Part shown: positions 62,404-64,000 of the stretch, in pieces
Numbering within the stretch: position 1 is the first letter of the stretch
How the letters are laid out: every line of letters starts with the position of its first letter
Source: Azolla caroliniana
Lineage: Eukaryota; Plantae; Polypodiophyta
Length of the DNA stretch: 64,000 nucleotides
Assembly: GCA_043228905.1 (NCBI GenBank)
Contig: JBHGNT010000016.1
Span: 1,364,001 to 1,428,000, forward strand
Reading direction: 5' to 3'
The notes under the pieces: model-generated
What the model saw: the letters and a program-made list of their open reading frames with translations, nothing else
The model's database searches: none
Told to the model about the DNA's origin: nothing
Position numbers and translations under genes: made by a program

Positions 62404-64000
62404 CATAGTTCCTAATATTCGCGTACGTCCAATTTATTGGACGTACGTGAACGTTTGCAAACGTACGCGTATGATACGCGATATTCGTTTGCCAATTTTT
62501 TTTTAATTTTTTGGTTTTTTTTAAAAAAAAATTGGGGTTTTTTTTGGGTGTTTTTTTTGGGGGTTTTTTTCTGATGCGTTAACGTTGTGAGAGTCGAGAG
62601 TCGAGACTGAGGATCCGAGTGAGTCGTGAGTCGTGAGTCTGAGTCTGAGTCTGATTTTCTGAGAGTCTGAGTCTGAGAGTTAGAACTTAGAAGCAGAGGC
62701 ACACAGAGAGAGATTTGTCTGTCTAATTTGAGGAGGAGATAGGAGAACTAATTGCTGCAGCTGGAGCCTGGAAACTAATTACGTACTACTCTCTCAGCAG
62801 CGCAGCAGCAGCCACAGGTATGTACTCCCACCTTCCCATTCGTCTGCACTTACTGAGCAATATGCTGTGCAATTTCTCCGAAATTGAGCAATATGCTGTG
62901 CAATTTCTTCTTCATTTTACACAATCTAAGTGCAATTTCTCCGAAATTGTGCAATATGCTTTGCAATTTCTCCGAAACTAAGCAATATGCTGTGCAATTT
63001 CTTCTTCATTTTACACAATCTAAGTGGAGTCGTGGACTGAGGTGAAAAACAAAAAAATGCAAAGATGTGTATATATTGTTTGATCAAGTTGTTTTAAATT
63101 TACAAGTGTGTATATATTCTCTTAAAATGTGCAAGATGGCTCACTAAATTTTACAAACCATGAGGGAATGAAGTTTCCATTGTCTCAAAGCTATCTTCAT
63201 TGCTTTTAAAAAATCATGTCATCTTTATTTCAAAGAAAGATAAAATAATAAGGCATGCATACTTTGATGTGTACATCTTCCGCTTCGCCTTAAGCTTTGG
63301 CAAAAGATGTTTTTGTGTATGTACTATGGACAATTTGTTTGCAAATCTCCTTGGAAGGACATGTTTGCAATTATCATACCAAACAAATTTCACCTTGTTC
63401 AAATGTTTTAATATTTGCATTCTAAGGTGAGAGAATCATTCTAAACTTTGAGAAGGAAAAGCACTTCAAAAGGATTGTAGTTTTATTAAATCAATGTAAT
63501 TGTAGTTTTCTAATGTTTTTTTTTTATATTCATATCAATGTGATTGTAGATTTATTAACTCACTTACTAAATTGTTGATTTATAAATCAATGTGATTGTA
63601 GTATGGGCAAACAAAAGAGCTTTTTATGGGACCACGTTATCGTCGTGAAGAGAAACGATAAAGGAATGCATATAAATGAATGCAAACATTGCAAGCACGT
63701 GTTTGCTGGTGGTCCACACCGAATCAAAGCCCATCTTTTGGGGCTAAAAGGACAAGGTGTGGATAAATGCCGCAAAGTCACTGGAGCAATAAAAGATGAG
63801 ATAAAGAAATTGATATTGGATGTGGATGCTCATGAAAGTACTAATGCTAATGAAAATTCTATTGCAGAAAGTGAGAATAATGTCGATGTAAGTACATCTA
63901 ATGCCAATGTTGTGCCACCTACTTGTGCATCTGTAGTTGACATGTCATCTTCATCATGTAAGAAGAGGAAAATTGAGAATACTAGTGGATCCTTACAAAT
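62404..64000 (+). mobile_element. 5' part of an hAT DNA transposon
   Basis: Candidate end CATAGTT at 62404, subterminal ACGTAC motifs, probable 5' UTR intron (donor near 62818, acceptor near 63601), BED-finger ORF downstream. Confidence 0.7.
63603..64000 (+). CDS. hAT transposase N-terminus (BED zinc finger), runs off the window
   Basis: MGKQKSFLWDHV...ECKHCKHVFAGGPHRIKAHLLGLKGQGVDKC, then KKRK NLS-like motif; no stop before 64000. Confidence 0.82.
   Translation, partial: MGKQKSFLWDHVIVVKRNDKGMHINECKHCKHVFAGGPHRIKAHLLGLKGQGVDKCRKVTGAIKDEIKKLILDVDAHESTNANENSIAESENNVDVSTSNANVVPPTCASVVDMSSSSCKKRKIENTSGSLQ

Noticed and set aside
62590-63025. GAGTCT and gcaatatgctgtgcaatttctccgaaa repeats
   Set aside because: Ordinary short tandem repeats in the hAT 5' UTR/intron.

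Overview
Eukaryotic, transposon-rich plant DNA, most likely from a non-seed plant such as a fern (inferred from the Tcn1-type chromoviruses, the RTE/RTEX-like LINEs and a PLS-PPR relic). One host gene can be rebuilt: a 20-exon, minus-strand chorein-N/BLTP3(UHRF1BP1)-like lipid-transfer gene (CDS 38715->13979, about 1207 aa, two GC-AG introns). Its long introns are filled with one RTE/RTEX-like LINE family, a solo LTR, tRNA-headed repeats and a tandem 5S-derived doublet. The flanks hold several L1 LINEs, a young Ty1/copia nested in an L1, an intact Ty3/gypsy chromovirus (54845-60775), a decayed relative of it (44617-48998), a 1.27-kb palindromic hAT MITE and the 5' part of an hAT transposon. 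The most notable signal is the LTR design shared by both chromovirus families: an antisense tRNA-like A-box/B-box module at the U3 edge, heat-shock-element arrays, a TATA box, and an 11-nt 5' end complementary to the PBS (Tf1-type self-priming). Both families also carry a GUUAAAC + pseudoknot -1 frameshift signal between gag and pol. A second notable signal is that the RTEX-like LINE appears to prime in (TC)n tracts and leave unusually long target duplications. All calls were made by eye; no searches were run.
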